64,000 nucleotides of DNA. It comes from Octopus bimaculoides. Taxonomy: Eukaryota. The DNA is taken from contig NC_068984.1 in the NCBI RefSeq assembly GCF_001194135.2, positions 125,933,636 to 125,997,635 on the forward strand, given 5' to 3'. This document shows positions 38,464 to 52,700 of the stretch, piece by piece. The number at the start of each line of letters is the position of its first letter. Within the stretch, counting starts at the first letter, position 1. The notes beneath the pieces were generated by a model. That model worked only from the letters and a program-made list of their open reading frames with translations, did no database searches and was not told the DNA's origin. A program made the position numbers and the translations under genes.

Positions 38464-41400
38464 CTATCTATTTATCAACCATCTACTATTTATCTATCTG
38501 TCTATCTAGCATCTACTCTCTCTCTATATATATCTATCTACCTATCTATCTATCGTCTGCCATCTGCCTATTGATCAATCGATCTGTCTGTCTATCTATA
38601 TTTCTATCTTCTGTGTACTATCTGTCCATCTATATGTCATCTAGCTATCTACCATCTATCTATCTACTCTATCACCACTACCATTGCAGGGTATCCTTTA
38701 TGCATACAACATCAGCCACATGGTACGTACTGTGATGAATCTACACTTGCTACTGCAGAAAGCTATGACCAAAACTGCAGTGATTGCCCTCTGTAAACTG
38801 CTTGAGCTACTCAAAGTAAGTGATTATTCTTTTTGTTTTCTGTTTCCCTCTTCTGTAACAGTCCTTCTCTCTCTCTCTCTCTCTCTTCATCTGTTTATTT
38901 GTTTGTCTATCTACCCCTCTCTCTCTCTCTCTCTCTCTGCCATTACTCTTTTACTTGTTTCAGTCATTTGACTGCGGCCATGCTGGAGCACCACCTTTAG
39001 TCGAACAAATCAACCCCATGACTTATTCTTTGTAAGCCTAGTACTTATTCTATCGGTCTCTTTTGCTGAACCGCTAAGTTACAGGGACGTAAACACACCA
39101 GTATCGGTTGTCAAGCGATGTTGGGAGGACAAATACAGACACATGCACACACACACACACACATACATATATATACATATACATATATACGACGGGCTTC
39201 TTTCAGTTTCCGTCTACCAAATCCACTCACATGGCTTTGGTCAGCCCGAGGCTATAGTAGAAGACACTTGCCCAATGTGCCACGCAGTGGGAATGAACCC
39301 GGAACCATGTGGTGGTGGTGGTAGAAACATTAGTAATAGTAGTAGTCGTCGTCGTCTTGTCATATACTCATTTTTTTTTCTTTGTGTTTTTTTTTTGTTT
39401 CAGGCCATAGAATTCACATTCCACCGCCGGACAATGTTGGTTTCAGAATCAATCAACCAGATAATCCAACATCTCAGTTACCTGGCTCTATCTGCTATAA
39501 ACACAGCACGCGTAAGTCAGCAGTTTTTTGGTCCAGGTATCCAGTTTGAGGATACTTTCCTCCCACCCATCCAAACGACTTTGGAGGCCCATTAAAGGGC
39601 CATTTGTACTGCCTTCCCACCTAACTAAAAGAAAACTAAATGTGGTGACTAGTTGGTTTATGTATATAAATTACATTTGGCTTCATTCTAATGTATAGAC
39701 CCCTCTTTAATATTAAACCAATGGTTAGTCCGCATCACTCCATAAGGAGCCTAGGGCCAGTTTTCTGGTTTCCCTGGCATATATATTCTTCCCTGAAAAG
39801 GACACCAATCCATCATAGAATTACTCATTTTTATCAGCCAAGTAGACTGGAGCAATGAGAAACGGAGTGTTTTGCTCAAGAACACAATACATTCTCTGTT
39901 CCAGGAATTGAAACCACAATCTTACAATCACAAGTCCAACACCCTAATCACTAAGCCATATACCTCTACAATTCAAACCAATACAGTGCTACATTACCTC
40001 TCAATAATTTACTTCTATGAAACAGGCCATTACAAGCCCTAAATGATTTTAAATTTCATCACATTATTTACAACAAAATCTACATTTATTTTATTTTTTT
40101 TTATATCAAACCGATAGATTTTGTAGTAAATAATGTGATGAAATTTAAAAGCATTTAATTGCTTGTAATTGTCTGTTTCATAGCAGTAAATCATTAAAAG
40201 GTAAATCTCCTCCAGGTGAAGATACCAGTCACTTGAGGTAATATTCCCAGACAAGCTACTTTCTAAGTCAGATATCTGTTTGATCTGATGTAATATTAAG
40301 TTACATGTGTTTTTCAAATACACAACTTGACAAATGCAGGGTGTTTAATCAAGATCTATATGAGTATGCAGTCCCAATATCTTATGTACACAGCTGGAAT
40401 TTGAACACATGTTCTTTGAGATGACTAGTAGTATAAATATTTTAACCCTTCAGTCCACACCCCCCATTTATCTCTTTAATTCATCTAAGCCTCTGTGGTT
40501 ATTTTATTGCAGAAAAGAATCACCCAAGACAAGAAATACAGTGAACGAAGACTCGATGTGCTGTCAGCTTTGGTTCTAGCTGAAAATGCCCTTAATGGAC
40601 CGGGTAAATACCCAACAAGCTATTTTTGTTTATGTTTCTTTTTTTTTTTTTTGTTTTTACTGCTTTATAAACATAGCTACACAAGTAAGTTATTGTTGTT
40701 GGTTCCAAGCTCAGCTCTGTACAAGCTACCCTCTGACCAAGACTTTCCAGTTGTGACTGTCTAACCCTACTTTTTTTCAAGACTACACTATTCAGTGTCT
40801 CCTTTTTCTGTTTTTTTTTACAGCTAAGTGTAGTTTTTTTTGGGATTTTGTTACTATTATTAGTTTGTTTGGTATACGAGTGAGCTGATTTGACTGTGCA
40901 ATTGTTTTTACAGCTAGATGTGGGACCTTCTATAACTAACCACTCAACTGTGAGCAAGTATGAGCTAGTGTCATTATTTGACTTTTTGAAACATCAGCCA
41001 ACTGGTGTGAAATTTCACAAGCTCTCCTATCTAGATCTTATCAATAAAGATTCAAAATATGAAATGTAAAGCCTTCATGGTAATGTAGGATCATAAGGTC
41101 TGAAAAGGAGCTGTTAGGTTTGACACTTCTGAGAACACAAAATGATGATGACAGAGCAGTCCGTCTTTTTGTAGGGGCGCAATCAAAATTGAAGTGTTAA
41201 GATTTGAACTATTCTTAATGTGGTCAGTTAGTAGTTCCAGAACTTTAACCTCACAGTCTTTTCCGTCTGTTTTCAAAAATTCTCATTGAGACAAAAGTGA
41301 CTCGTATATGTCATGTAAATAAAATATTTTTTGAAAGTTCACAGAAGGGAAATTTACAAATTACTTTTACATGTTTATATTTTACATAACCCATGCTAGC

Positions 41401-42621
41401 ATGGAAAGCAGACGTTAAACAATGATGATGTATGTATATATATATATATATATATATATAAGAGAAATGTATTACTTTCTCATAAACTCAGAAACAGGAG
41501 GTGTGCAAGTGCACCCTCTTTTTTTTTTCTTTTTTTCTTTTTTGTCAAGTGGTAGACAATGAAAACATTTTGAAATCCTCCTAAAAACCTGGGTTTGCAC
41601 CCACTAAGCAAAATTTCACTCCTGTATTTATGTACTTTCTACAATGTTACTTTTATAATTTAACTAAATGCTGCTGTTGAAAGGAACACAAGCATTTATT
41701 TTAATAACTGACATTCAAGCATTTACTTATTCATTTCACCTTGGATTGCCAAGTTTATCTTTGTACATTCTTGGCTTCATTTTCTTTTATTTTTAATCCC
41801 ACACTTATATGTGCCTAAAGCAGAAGATCTCCTAAGACTGTCTGTTGGGTATTCACTCCTTGACAGAGTGACCACTCAAGTGTTCACTTTCCTTGGTAAT
41901 GTCTACTCAAATATACATCCCACTCTATGTCAAACAATGTAAGAAGCCCATTAACATCTTCAAAGGGGAATCCCCAACTTTTAAGGGTATAAATAACATG
42001 GATTTCTTAACTACATTGACTCCATTCATCACTCTTTTTCCTAGGCACCAAAGAACGCATCCTGGTAGCCACCCTGGCATTATCTGTGGGTACCAAGATG
42101 GTAAGTTCATTCATTTTATTCTTAGAAATTTGGATTTTTAATGATGTATGATGTATGAAATGGATATGGTATTGTGAAACTTATGCTTTTGCTAAGACAT
42201 TTTTAATACAGTATCTGAAAAAAAGACAGAATCAATTACACACACGCACACATACATACAAATAAACACTCACTCAAACACACACACACACACACACACT
42301 AACACTAATGTTTCATACCATAAATACTAAATATTTGTTTTACATTGCAGAGAGCATTTAGAGACGATGAAATCACAAGCCTCACTGAACTTCTGAAGAA
42401 ATTGGAGATTATTACCAAACTTTGGGAGAGGTAAGTTCTGTATATGAATAACCATGCAATTGCACCTAGAAAGTTCCCCTTGGAGGCACAAGTCTGGATA
42501 AGCTTGTTTATGGAAGACCAGCAGTTGCCAATACACACCAGCCTCCCCTCTCCACACCACCAATGTTATCCAAGGTAAAGGGAAAGGTCACTTCAACTTG
42601 GCACCAGTTACGTTGCAATTC

Positions 42622-42652
<31 letters not shown>

Positions 42653-43087
42653 CACATGCATATATATTTGTATATATATATTAGTTGTAATGTACCTGAG
42701 CACTTTGTATGCACAGCAGGCTTCCTCGCTCTCAAATGTTCCACTCTCTCTTTTTCTCACTCCCTCCTAATTTCAAACATCTCACTCACTCACACACTTA
42801 CAGTCTCTCTCTCTCTCTCCCTCAGTCTCAGATGTGCCACTGACTGCAGCTTCATGTACTGGCATCGTCATATCTTCCCTATATACCTCACCGACATGTT
42901 GGACAATCCATCTGATGCCCATGGACTACATGTAAGTCTTTCTCTTTTTTAAAAAAAAACTTGCTGGGGTTGAGGGAAAGGGTAGTATCTTAACAGACCA
43001 TCCAAGACCAGTGTGTAGATTAGTGCTATTAATGTTCTACTTAAATTTATATATCTATTTATGTGCACACTATACATACACACACAC

Positions 43088-43129
<42 letters not shown>

Positions 43130-43560
43130 CTGGATGATTTTTGTCTGTTGCTGATTTATTTCTCTGTGTTTTTTTTTTTTTGACACTACATGTTTATAAG
43201 AAATGCTTTCATGAGACAAATACTGCAGTTTAACAGGCTTTCAATATAATGTATCTATTTTTAGTATGATATTCAGATTGTTATTTTGAACTATGCGTGT
43301 ATGTGTGTGTGTATATATATATAAACAAATAAGAAAGTAATATTTTAAACACAGTGTAGCTGTGAAAACAGCAGAAAGATTGAGTATTTTACCCCTATAA
43401 GACAGTGCTGACAACTTTTTCCATCTTATAAGGGTAAAATACCCAATCTTTCTGCTGTTTTCATGGCTATACTGCATTCAAAATATTACTTTCTTGTTTG
43501 TTAATAGAAAACACATTCAATGCTTCCAAAAACAAGCAAAAGTTTGTTTACTATATGTTG

Positions 43561-43603
<43 letters not shown>

Positions 43604-43735
43604 TGTATATATTGGCTCCTGTGCCGAATGTGGTTGATGCCAGTGTCCTCTGGTGCAGCCTACTGGGTTGCCAGACCTCAGTCAAACCGTCCAACCCATG
43701 CCAGTATGGAAAGCAGACATTAAACGATGATGATA

Positions 43736-43795
<60 letters not shown>

Positions 43796-46700
43796 CGCAG
43801 GTTGGCTGTGTAGTAAGAAGCTTGCTTCCTAACCACATGGTTGCAGATTCAGTCTCACTGCACGGAATCTTGGGCAAGTGTCTTCTATCATAGCCGCGGG
43901 CCAACCAAAGCCTTGTGAGTTAATTTTGTCAAGCTTCCTTTTCAGTTTGTAAGATAGAAATTTAAATGTATTAGAATATTTTAAAAGAAATTTAAAGTGC
44001 CTACGGGATAACTGCAAACCTACTTTTGAGCCACCCTGTATATTACAGTCAGCAGTTAACTCTTATATGGCTGCATGCTGTTTTTCATGAAATTATGTCT
44101 TAGTAGCATAATACACTTATTCAAACCATATATATAGAAATGTATTGATCTTATTAATGTTATTCCCTTTATTGTTTTTCCAGTACATGTTCGGTGCTCT
44201 AAGGGACTGTGTCATCCCTATGGATTACGTACGCCACCTCGAGACCTCTCAACACCTGAAGGACATCTTTGATAAAGAGATCCGGGATAATTTGAAAGCG
44301 GTACTTGCAACATTCTCATTATTATATAGTCGGTGGTGTTGGTAGGGGTGGTGATGTTATTGGTGTTGGTGATATTGGAGTTGTTGGTGGTGATGGTGTT
44401 GGTTTTGGTGTAGCTGTGGTGTTCTTGATGTTGTTTTTGGTGGTAGAGATGGTGTATGGACATTGTAAATGATTGTCACTGTCATACAAGCAGTGTCATT
44501 CATTTCCAATATCCAGTGAAAATATGTCTGGCCATGGAGAAATATTACCTTACTTAGAAACAGGTGAGGGTTAGCAACAGGGAGGGTATCCAACCATAGA
44601 AAATCTTCCTCAATAATCTCCATGCAAGCATGGAAAAGTAGACATTAAGTTATTGATGATGATGACGATGATGAAGACAACAACCATATGCTACTAACTA
44701 CCATGATTAATGCCACCGTGTTAACTTCTATCACTACAACTAAACATTCACTGTCATCTCAATTATAACCACTTCTGATACCTCTGCCACTACTATTACT
44801 ACCATCAACAACTCTACCATTCACTACCTTCACCACTCCCATCAACACCACAATAATCACCATCATCATCATTTGCATCACTATTCTCATCATCACTATT
44901 CTCATCATCACGTCCACCACTCCTACTATCACTACCATTCCGGTACCACCACCATCATCACCACCACTACCACCGTTGCTATTATCACCTGTGCAATCAT
45001 TACTATCACTATTCTTGTTGCCATTACATGATGTCTCCTGTTTCTCTTCCCTCAGCATCTGATGGAACCACTGTGCCTTGCCATAGAAACTGACCTGAGA
45101 TTACACATTCACTCTCACCTTCAGTTAGATGACCGTAACCCATACAAAGTTGGCCTCAAGGACCTCTCAAACTTCCTACGCCTCAGACCAATACGATTCT
45201 TTGATCAGTTCATCAATATTAAAAGTAAGTACATGATAGTAAATTGGTTTTCATATTACAGTGCCCTGGGTCATGCTTTCAAGTCTTATTACTGCTTTCC
45301 AAGTTCTAAGCTGCTTCTTGATTAACACTTAATATCTTAGATAAGTTTGTTGTTATTTAATTTTATAATTTTCTGGAAAATTGACCTCATCATTTCAGCT
45401 TATATTTACAATAAATATACCTACACTATGTTTCTTTTGGTTCAGTTTCTGATTTTTATCAGGTGTCTTATTCTTAGATGAGTACAAAAACCCTAACTGG
45501 ATTCAAACTTTTATTTTTGCATGTGCCAGTGAATTAGTTAAAGGATTATACACATCCTGGAATGAAACATCTGATATCTATTTGAGATCATAATGTAGCA
45601 TAGATATGAATATTGTTCTAGAAATAATAGTTTTTTTTTTTTTGTGCTTCTATTGACAATACACAGATGGTATGGGTGAATGAATAATTTTTTATTTGAC
45701 TCTAATGACTCATAGGTCTTCAGGTCAAAAACAATGCAAAGAAGTGCATTGTGACCAGTGGTGTATAACAACATCCAATAGTCTAGTCAGTACCATGATA
45801 TTGTGATATTATATTTTACATTTAATCAGAATTAGAGTAAGTATATTTTTACAAACTCCTACTCCACAACGATAGAGAATAGATACCAATTATAGATCCA
45901 CTTTGCACACGGTGCTGGAACTAACCATTGTTTCTTGAAAATCCAGTTTCTGAGAGGACATTTATAACTTACGTTTACTGTTGTTAAATATATTAAAAAT
46001 TTATAGTTTTTTTTTTACCTTTTATTTTGTTCTTTGTTTTGTCTTTACTATATTTTTAACATATACACAGATGCATGTTGCTATGCGTGTATGTATGTGT
46101 ATATGTGTGTATGTATCTTCTTGCATACATGTTGTGCAGAGTCCAAATCCTCTGTAGTGTTCAGTATTTCTCTCAACAGTCCAGCAGTTATAATCACATC
46201 GTTTGTATTTCTTTTCTCATTCTCCCTCTTTTTGCTGTCTCTCCTCCTTATCCATTAGCCTATGTGGAACATTACTTGGACAAGACTTTCTACAATCTAA
46301 CCACTGTCACACTCCATGACTGGAAAACTTACAGCGAGATGAAAAACATGGCTGAAGAAAAGTATGGTGTATCATTGATTGAGTCTCACTTACCAAGTCA
46401 GACTTTGGAACAGGTAAGATTATATGATTACCAACCTTTACTTTGTTAACCCTTATTGGTGAGGTCAATGTGAAATCATGCATGCTCACATGCACAAACA
46501 CATATACTCACATGCATACATACACTCTTATACATGCAATCACTCACACACATGCATACATACATTCTTATACATGCAAGCTCTCACACACATGCATACT
46601 TATGTGTATGTATGAAAAATCTGCTAATCTTCCCCTCCTGATGAAAGAAGCCTGTATTACAATAATGTCTCTATGCATCCATATACTGGTTGCATATCCA

Positions 46701-49700
46701 TGACTTTTTGCACATTCTATCTGCTAATTATGAACATTACAGCTATTACATAATTCTGAGCTCCCAGAAACTGCTGCTGAGTTAAAAAAAAACTATGCTT
46801 TCCCCCCTTAGTCGAATGTGTATATGAGTAAATGTATCGAACCTACTTCTTTTCTCATCCAGTTACACATATTGTCCTCCACTTCATCACTGTTATAATG
46901 TTTCAACTGTTTCTTTTTTACAGGGTCTGGATGTTTTAGAAATAATGAGGAATATCCATGTATTTGTCTCCAAGTACCAATACAACTTAAACAATCAGGT
47001 CAGTTGGTGCTTTATCTCTTCCACTTCCTCATATCTTTCCTTCTCTCTCTCTCTCTCTCTCTCTCTCGCCCATACACACACACACACACATACAACTTAG
47101 CATGATAACATTGATGATCATGATGGTGCACGTTTTGAAGATTGTGTAGGCACACCTGTGGGAGGTGTAGTAGTTGTATTTGTTTACCTTCCAATCACAC
47201 ATGGTAATATTTTCCGTTTTAAATTAATTCATCATGGTTCCCTTTCTGAAGCAGTGTTTTACAGCCAGATGTCTTTCCTGTCACCAACCTTTTTAATTTT
47301 CTATTATTACATGCAGAAATACAGTGTACCTGTTCCAAAAACTGGAGAACACACAGATCCTATGTTAAGATATTATTTTGAACTGAGGCATTTTATTGTA
47401 TTTGTAGAATGAAATCTTCAGTTTCATGATTAACTCTTTAGCAAATATTCTTCCTGTTTTATGTTTAAACCAGCCAGATTCAGCCTCTCATACCTACCCT
47501 ACAATGTCATTCCAAAAGAAAACAATCGCATCATTGAAATGTCAAAGCTACAAGATAATGCATGATTAATTCAAAACAATGTGAATAAATAAGCATTATC
47601 TTTGATAGAGTAATCTAAATACTAAAAGGTTAAAACTCTTTTTTTCTTTTTTTCTTTTTTGTGTTACAGATTTTCATTGAAGGCTCAAGCCACAACAAGC
47701 ACTTGAACACAATCAATATACGACATATTGCAAACTCCATTAGGACACATGGTATTGGTATTATGAACACAACGGTGAGTAAACTGCCTTTGTCTTCTGT
47801 ATTAGATAGAAGTTGAGGGAGAGAATAAAATTAGAATTTGGTTATTCAGAAGCATATAACCACTGGTCATAAACAGCATAAAAATATCAACCTTACAAGC
47901 TGACAAAATCACAACTGATGAAACTGGATACCTTTCCTAACACCTACCACGTTACTGAGTACTGCAGGAAAACATTGGCTAGACAGGACTTTCTTGCTTA
48001 TGTTTTATGAAAGGTGATATTTCCTTGGAAGGAAACATCACCTTTCAGTGTAATTTTCCTTTCCAGTTTTTTTTTTTTACTTTTTTAGCATTCACAAGTC
48101 ATTTCTGAAAGAACATTCCTCTTGTTGTATCTCCACTATTCAGTATTTCACATCTGATGTTCACAGTACCACACCTGACATCATATCAGAGTGTGCTGTA
48201 TCTCTACTGTTCACTGTAAAACATCTCTCGGAGCTCTACAGTTCACTGTCTCACACCCGTGTTTACTGCTCAGTGTATCATATCTGTTGTATGTCTCATG
48301 ATGGCACCTATACCAGTGGAGCGCTAAGAGCACCGTACGAGCGTGATCGTTGCCAGAGCAGCTGTCTGGCTTCCGTGCCAGTGGCAATTAAAAAGCACCA
48401 TTTGAGCGTGATCATTACCAGCGTTGCCTTACTGGCACGTGAAAAGACATTCGAGCGAGGTCATTGCCAGTGCCGCTGGACTGGCTCCTGTGCAGGTGGC
48501 ACGTAAAATACACCATTTTGAGTGTGGCAGTTGCCAGTACCGCCTGACTGGCCTTCGTGCCGGTGACACGTAAAAGCACCCACTACACTCTCTGAGTGGT
48601 TGGCGTTAGGAAGGGCATCCAGCTGTAGAAACTCTGCCAGATCAGATTGGAGCCTGGTGTAGCCATCTGGTTCGCAAGTCCTCGGTCAAATCGTCCAACC
48701 CATGCTAGCATGGAAAGCGGACGTTAAACGATGATGATGATATGATGTGTCTCAGTTGCATTTTTATTGTTAAGTATGTATCATCTGTTGTGTTTCTACT
48801 GTTCAGTATGTCACATCTCTTGTATCTCTAAAGTTCACTGTGCCTCTGCTATGTTTACTATACAGCGTATCACCTCTGTTATGTCTCTAATGTTCACTGT
48901 TTCCCACTTATTGTATCTTTGCTGTTCATTGTGTCACACATTGTATCTCTACTATTCAGTATGTTGCATCTATAGTATCCCTTTGTTCACTGTGTCACTC
49001 ATGTTATATCTCTACTGTTCACTATGTCTCATATGTATGTTTACTGTATCACATCTATCATACATCTACAGTTCACTGTCTCACCTTTATCTTCGCTGTT
49101 CAGTGTGTCACACATGTTGTGTCTTTAGTGTTCACTATCTCCTGCCTGTTTTATTATTACTGCTCTCTATGCCAGGGGTTTTCAAACTGTGGTCTGCAGA
49201 CCACAGGGAGTCCGCAAGGACAAGACAAGGGGTCCGTGGACAGCAAATACTTTTTATGGGCAATTTGATTTTATATATGTTTTTCAATCGAAATCTTTTA
49301 ATTGACAATAAACCTATTTGTTAAATACTGTTAAATAAATAAATGTGAAAATATATGTTATTTTAAGCAAATATTTATGTATAAATTTCATAAGCATTTA
49401 TAAAGGGGTCCCTAAGGTAAAGCCTGAAATATAAAGGGGTCTGCAAGTCAAAAAGTTTGAAAACCCCTGCTCTATGCCACCCACTGTGCTCCAGTTATTC
49501 ACTAAGCCACACTTACTGTATCACCACTATTTACTGTGCTACATTGGCTCAAGCTATTATTTATTTATGCCACACCTCTACTAGTTACCATCTCACACCT
49601 GTATATTTAACATTCGCCATCGTATTTCTATTGTTTATTGTCATATTTTTCAGGTAAACTTCACATACCAGTTCCTACGTAAGAAGTTCTTCATATTCTC

Positions 49701-52700
49701 GCAGTTTATGTTTGATGAACACATCAAGTCACGACTGATAAAGGTACTTGATTTTTTTCATACATCTAAAGCACACACACACTCACATGTACACACACAC
49801 ACACACACATACATACATGCATTTACATATTCATAGGCAGTGGTGTGGCTGTGTAGTCAATAAGTTTGCTTAAACCATGTGGTCTCAGATTCAATTCCAC
49901 TGTATGTCACTTTAGGCTAATATCTTCTTCTATAGCCCTGGGCTGACCAAAGCCATGTGAGTAGATTTTGGCTGACAGAAACTGAAAGAAGCCTGTCATG
50001 TGTGTGTGTGCTATTGTGTGCATGTTTGTGTGTACCCTAGGCATCATGTGATTGTTGTATATAAGCATCGTCATCATACAAGCAATGCTATTCATTTCCA
50101 ATTTTCTGTAAAAACTCATCTGGCCATAGGCAAAATATTACCTTACCAGGAAACAAGCGAAAGTGAATGACAAGAAGGGCATCTGGCCATTGCAAAATCT
50201 GCTTTAACTAATTCCGTCTGACCCATGCAAGCGTGGAAAAGGAAACATTAAATGGTGAGAATGAGAATGATGATGATCTTCATACATACATGTATTCTTT
50301 CTTTCCTTGGGCTTTCAGCTCCTGATGGAACTGTAGGATCACTGTCATAAGATGCAGTGTATCCTGAGTATCTTAAAACGGGTGAAGTCTATCCTTCTCC
50401 ATGTGTGAACATAGCCAATTTCTTCCAGAGAAAGAGAGAGAGAGAAGAACCAACTGTGGTACTAGACTGATACTTTATTTATCAACTTCAAAAGGAAAAA
50501 CAGGCAAAGTTTATTGACAGGAAGAGCATTCATCTGTAAAACATTACCTCAATTGTAAGTCATCATCCAATCCATGCTAGCATGGAAAATCAGATGCAAA
50601 ACAAGAGAAAGAAATAGATAGATTGAAATGACAAAATATGCCATGGTAATTAAGCAAAATCATCCTTATTCATTTATTTATCATCATCAACATCATCATC
50701 CGTCAACTTTTCCATGCTTCTATAGGTCATACAGAATTTGTTGAAGCAAATTTTTTATGGGCAGATACTTTCACAGACACTTTATAAGACAGGCTTCTTT
50801 CAGTTTCCTATAGTTTATGGAATATATTAAATTCAAGAAAATAGAATCTGAAAAATACATTGTTGAGAATATAAATATTATTGAATAGAATTCATGTTAC
50901 CCTTCAGGACTAATTATTATCGTAATATTAAAAATCAAATGAGTAAATATAGAAATGTAATGTAATGGCCTCCTTCCATATGACTATTATTGTTACCTGA
51001 AACCTCACAAATCAGAGATGAATTGTTTGATGTTTCCATGAAGTTATGTGTTAAAAAGAATCATGCAAAGTTTTCAGAATTTATATTTTGGATGTCTTGC
51101 ATTAAAGAAATCTTACCTTGTTGCGAACTCAGTAGACATGACAGCCTTTCAGCTTCACATAAAATGAATGATCATGAATTAGAAAAAATTATTTAATGGA
51201 GTAAGCTTTTGAAGTACAGCTAGTATCAATCTTAGTATAGTGTGAAGCATATGAGCTTGAGAAGATTTTCAAACTGACCATCCTTAGATGGTGTAGCTCT
51301 AAGTAAGAATTAATGCAGAGTAGAGTCAACTCTTCAGTCTTCTTGCATGAGATGACCTCTCTAGTGTTGGTGACATGTTAAAACATACATAGTACATACT
51401 GTACGATATTCACAACAACTAATTTGGATGGATTTTTCTGTTGCAGGCTGATAAATAATGATCCATCTAATGCATTCCAGCACAGCAATAAATAATGCAT
51501 GCCAGCACGGACATAAAATGATGATGATGATGATTCTATAAATGAGAGAGACACAGATAGAGAGAGGTTGAAATAAATTAAGATAGATATGCACATCTTT
51601 ACACATGCACATAATAAACCTTTGTTAACATGATAGATGTTATAGCATTGTACCCCTACAACAACATGCTTCTCCTATGCCCTCCCTGTTTTCTATCATT
51701 ATACAATCATTCTATTGCAGGATTTGAAATTCTTCAAGGAACATCACATACACACTGACCAGAAGGTACTGTAAACATTTTGTTATCTTTGAATGTAGGG
51801 ACAATGGTGAGGGAAGGCATTATTAGCCAGTGGTTTACCGGGTAGCAGGAAGCCTCTCTAGTCAGTGCATATGCTTCTTTGATTTTATTCTGAGATGTAA
51901 GCCTCAGCCCAAAGCCTACTCAGATAGTAAGATTTTTCCACACTAGTGCAAAAATCTGAAGTGCCAATCTCTAACTGTGGAAGGAGTAGACCCAGGAAGA
52001 TGTGGGACAAAGTAGTAAGGAATTATCTTCAGATGTTGGGCCTCACAGAGGAGACGACAAGGGACCAAGACTCCTGGCTTTTTGCTTTACTTGAGAAGAC
52101 ACACCAAGCTAAGTAATACTGTGGCCATCCATACATACAGATATGTCTTCTACATCCCTCTCTCAGCCAAGTGGTCCTTTCCTTGAGGCCTTGTGGGTGC
52201 TGGCATCACATAAAAGGTGCCCATGCCAGTGCCATTTAAAATGCCCATACTGGTTCCATATAAAAAGCACTCTGGGCAGCTTCCTAGCTGGATAGTTGCT
52301 ATCAAACTGTCCAATCCACAGAAAGCGGGTATTAAATGATAGTGATGATGATGATGATTGAAGTAGGTGTGCATCATCTATTATGGTGCTAGGATGGTAA
52401 TGTGGTGCTACCATTGTGATGGTATGGTGCTAAGGTTGCAATACACCTTTTGCTATCATTATTCTAGACATGGGGTCTCAGGCCTTAGGCTTTTGAGAGC
52501 AGCGTATACAATGGTAATGTGCTTCATTTAAACCATTTATGCGATGATGTATGTGTGTCTGTATGTCATAAAACGAATGAGGTGATATGTGGAGAATAGG
52601 GTCAAGAGTGAGTAGGAGTAAGAGAGTTGGAGAAGGTGAGGAAAGATTAAGATTAGAACTTGATATGACACAAATTTGACCTATCTGTGGATATGTAATT

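Noticed and set aside
38691-38699. Perfect U12-type donor GTATCCTTT one base into exon 12
   Set aside because: It is conserved coding sequence (G-I-L-Y); no matching U12 branch site was seen; one 9-mer hit in 64 kb is plausible by chance.
43960-44041. Lone Tc1/mariner-like right end (ctacttttgagccaccctgta)
   Set aside because: No partner TIR found; too fragmentary to annotate as an element.
49651-49659. CAG|GTAAAC recursive-splice-like junction at exon 23 (also CAG|GTACCT at exon 10)
   Set aside because: Explained by exons starting with a Val codon; poor donor consensus.
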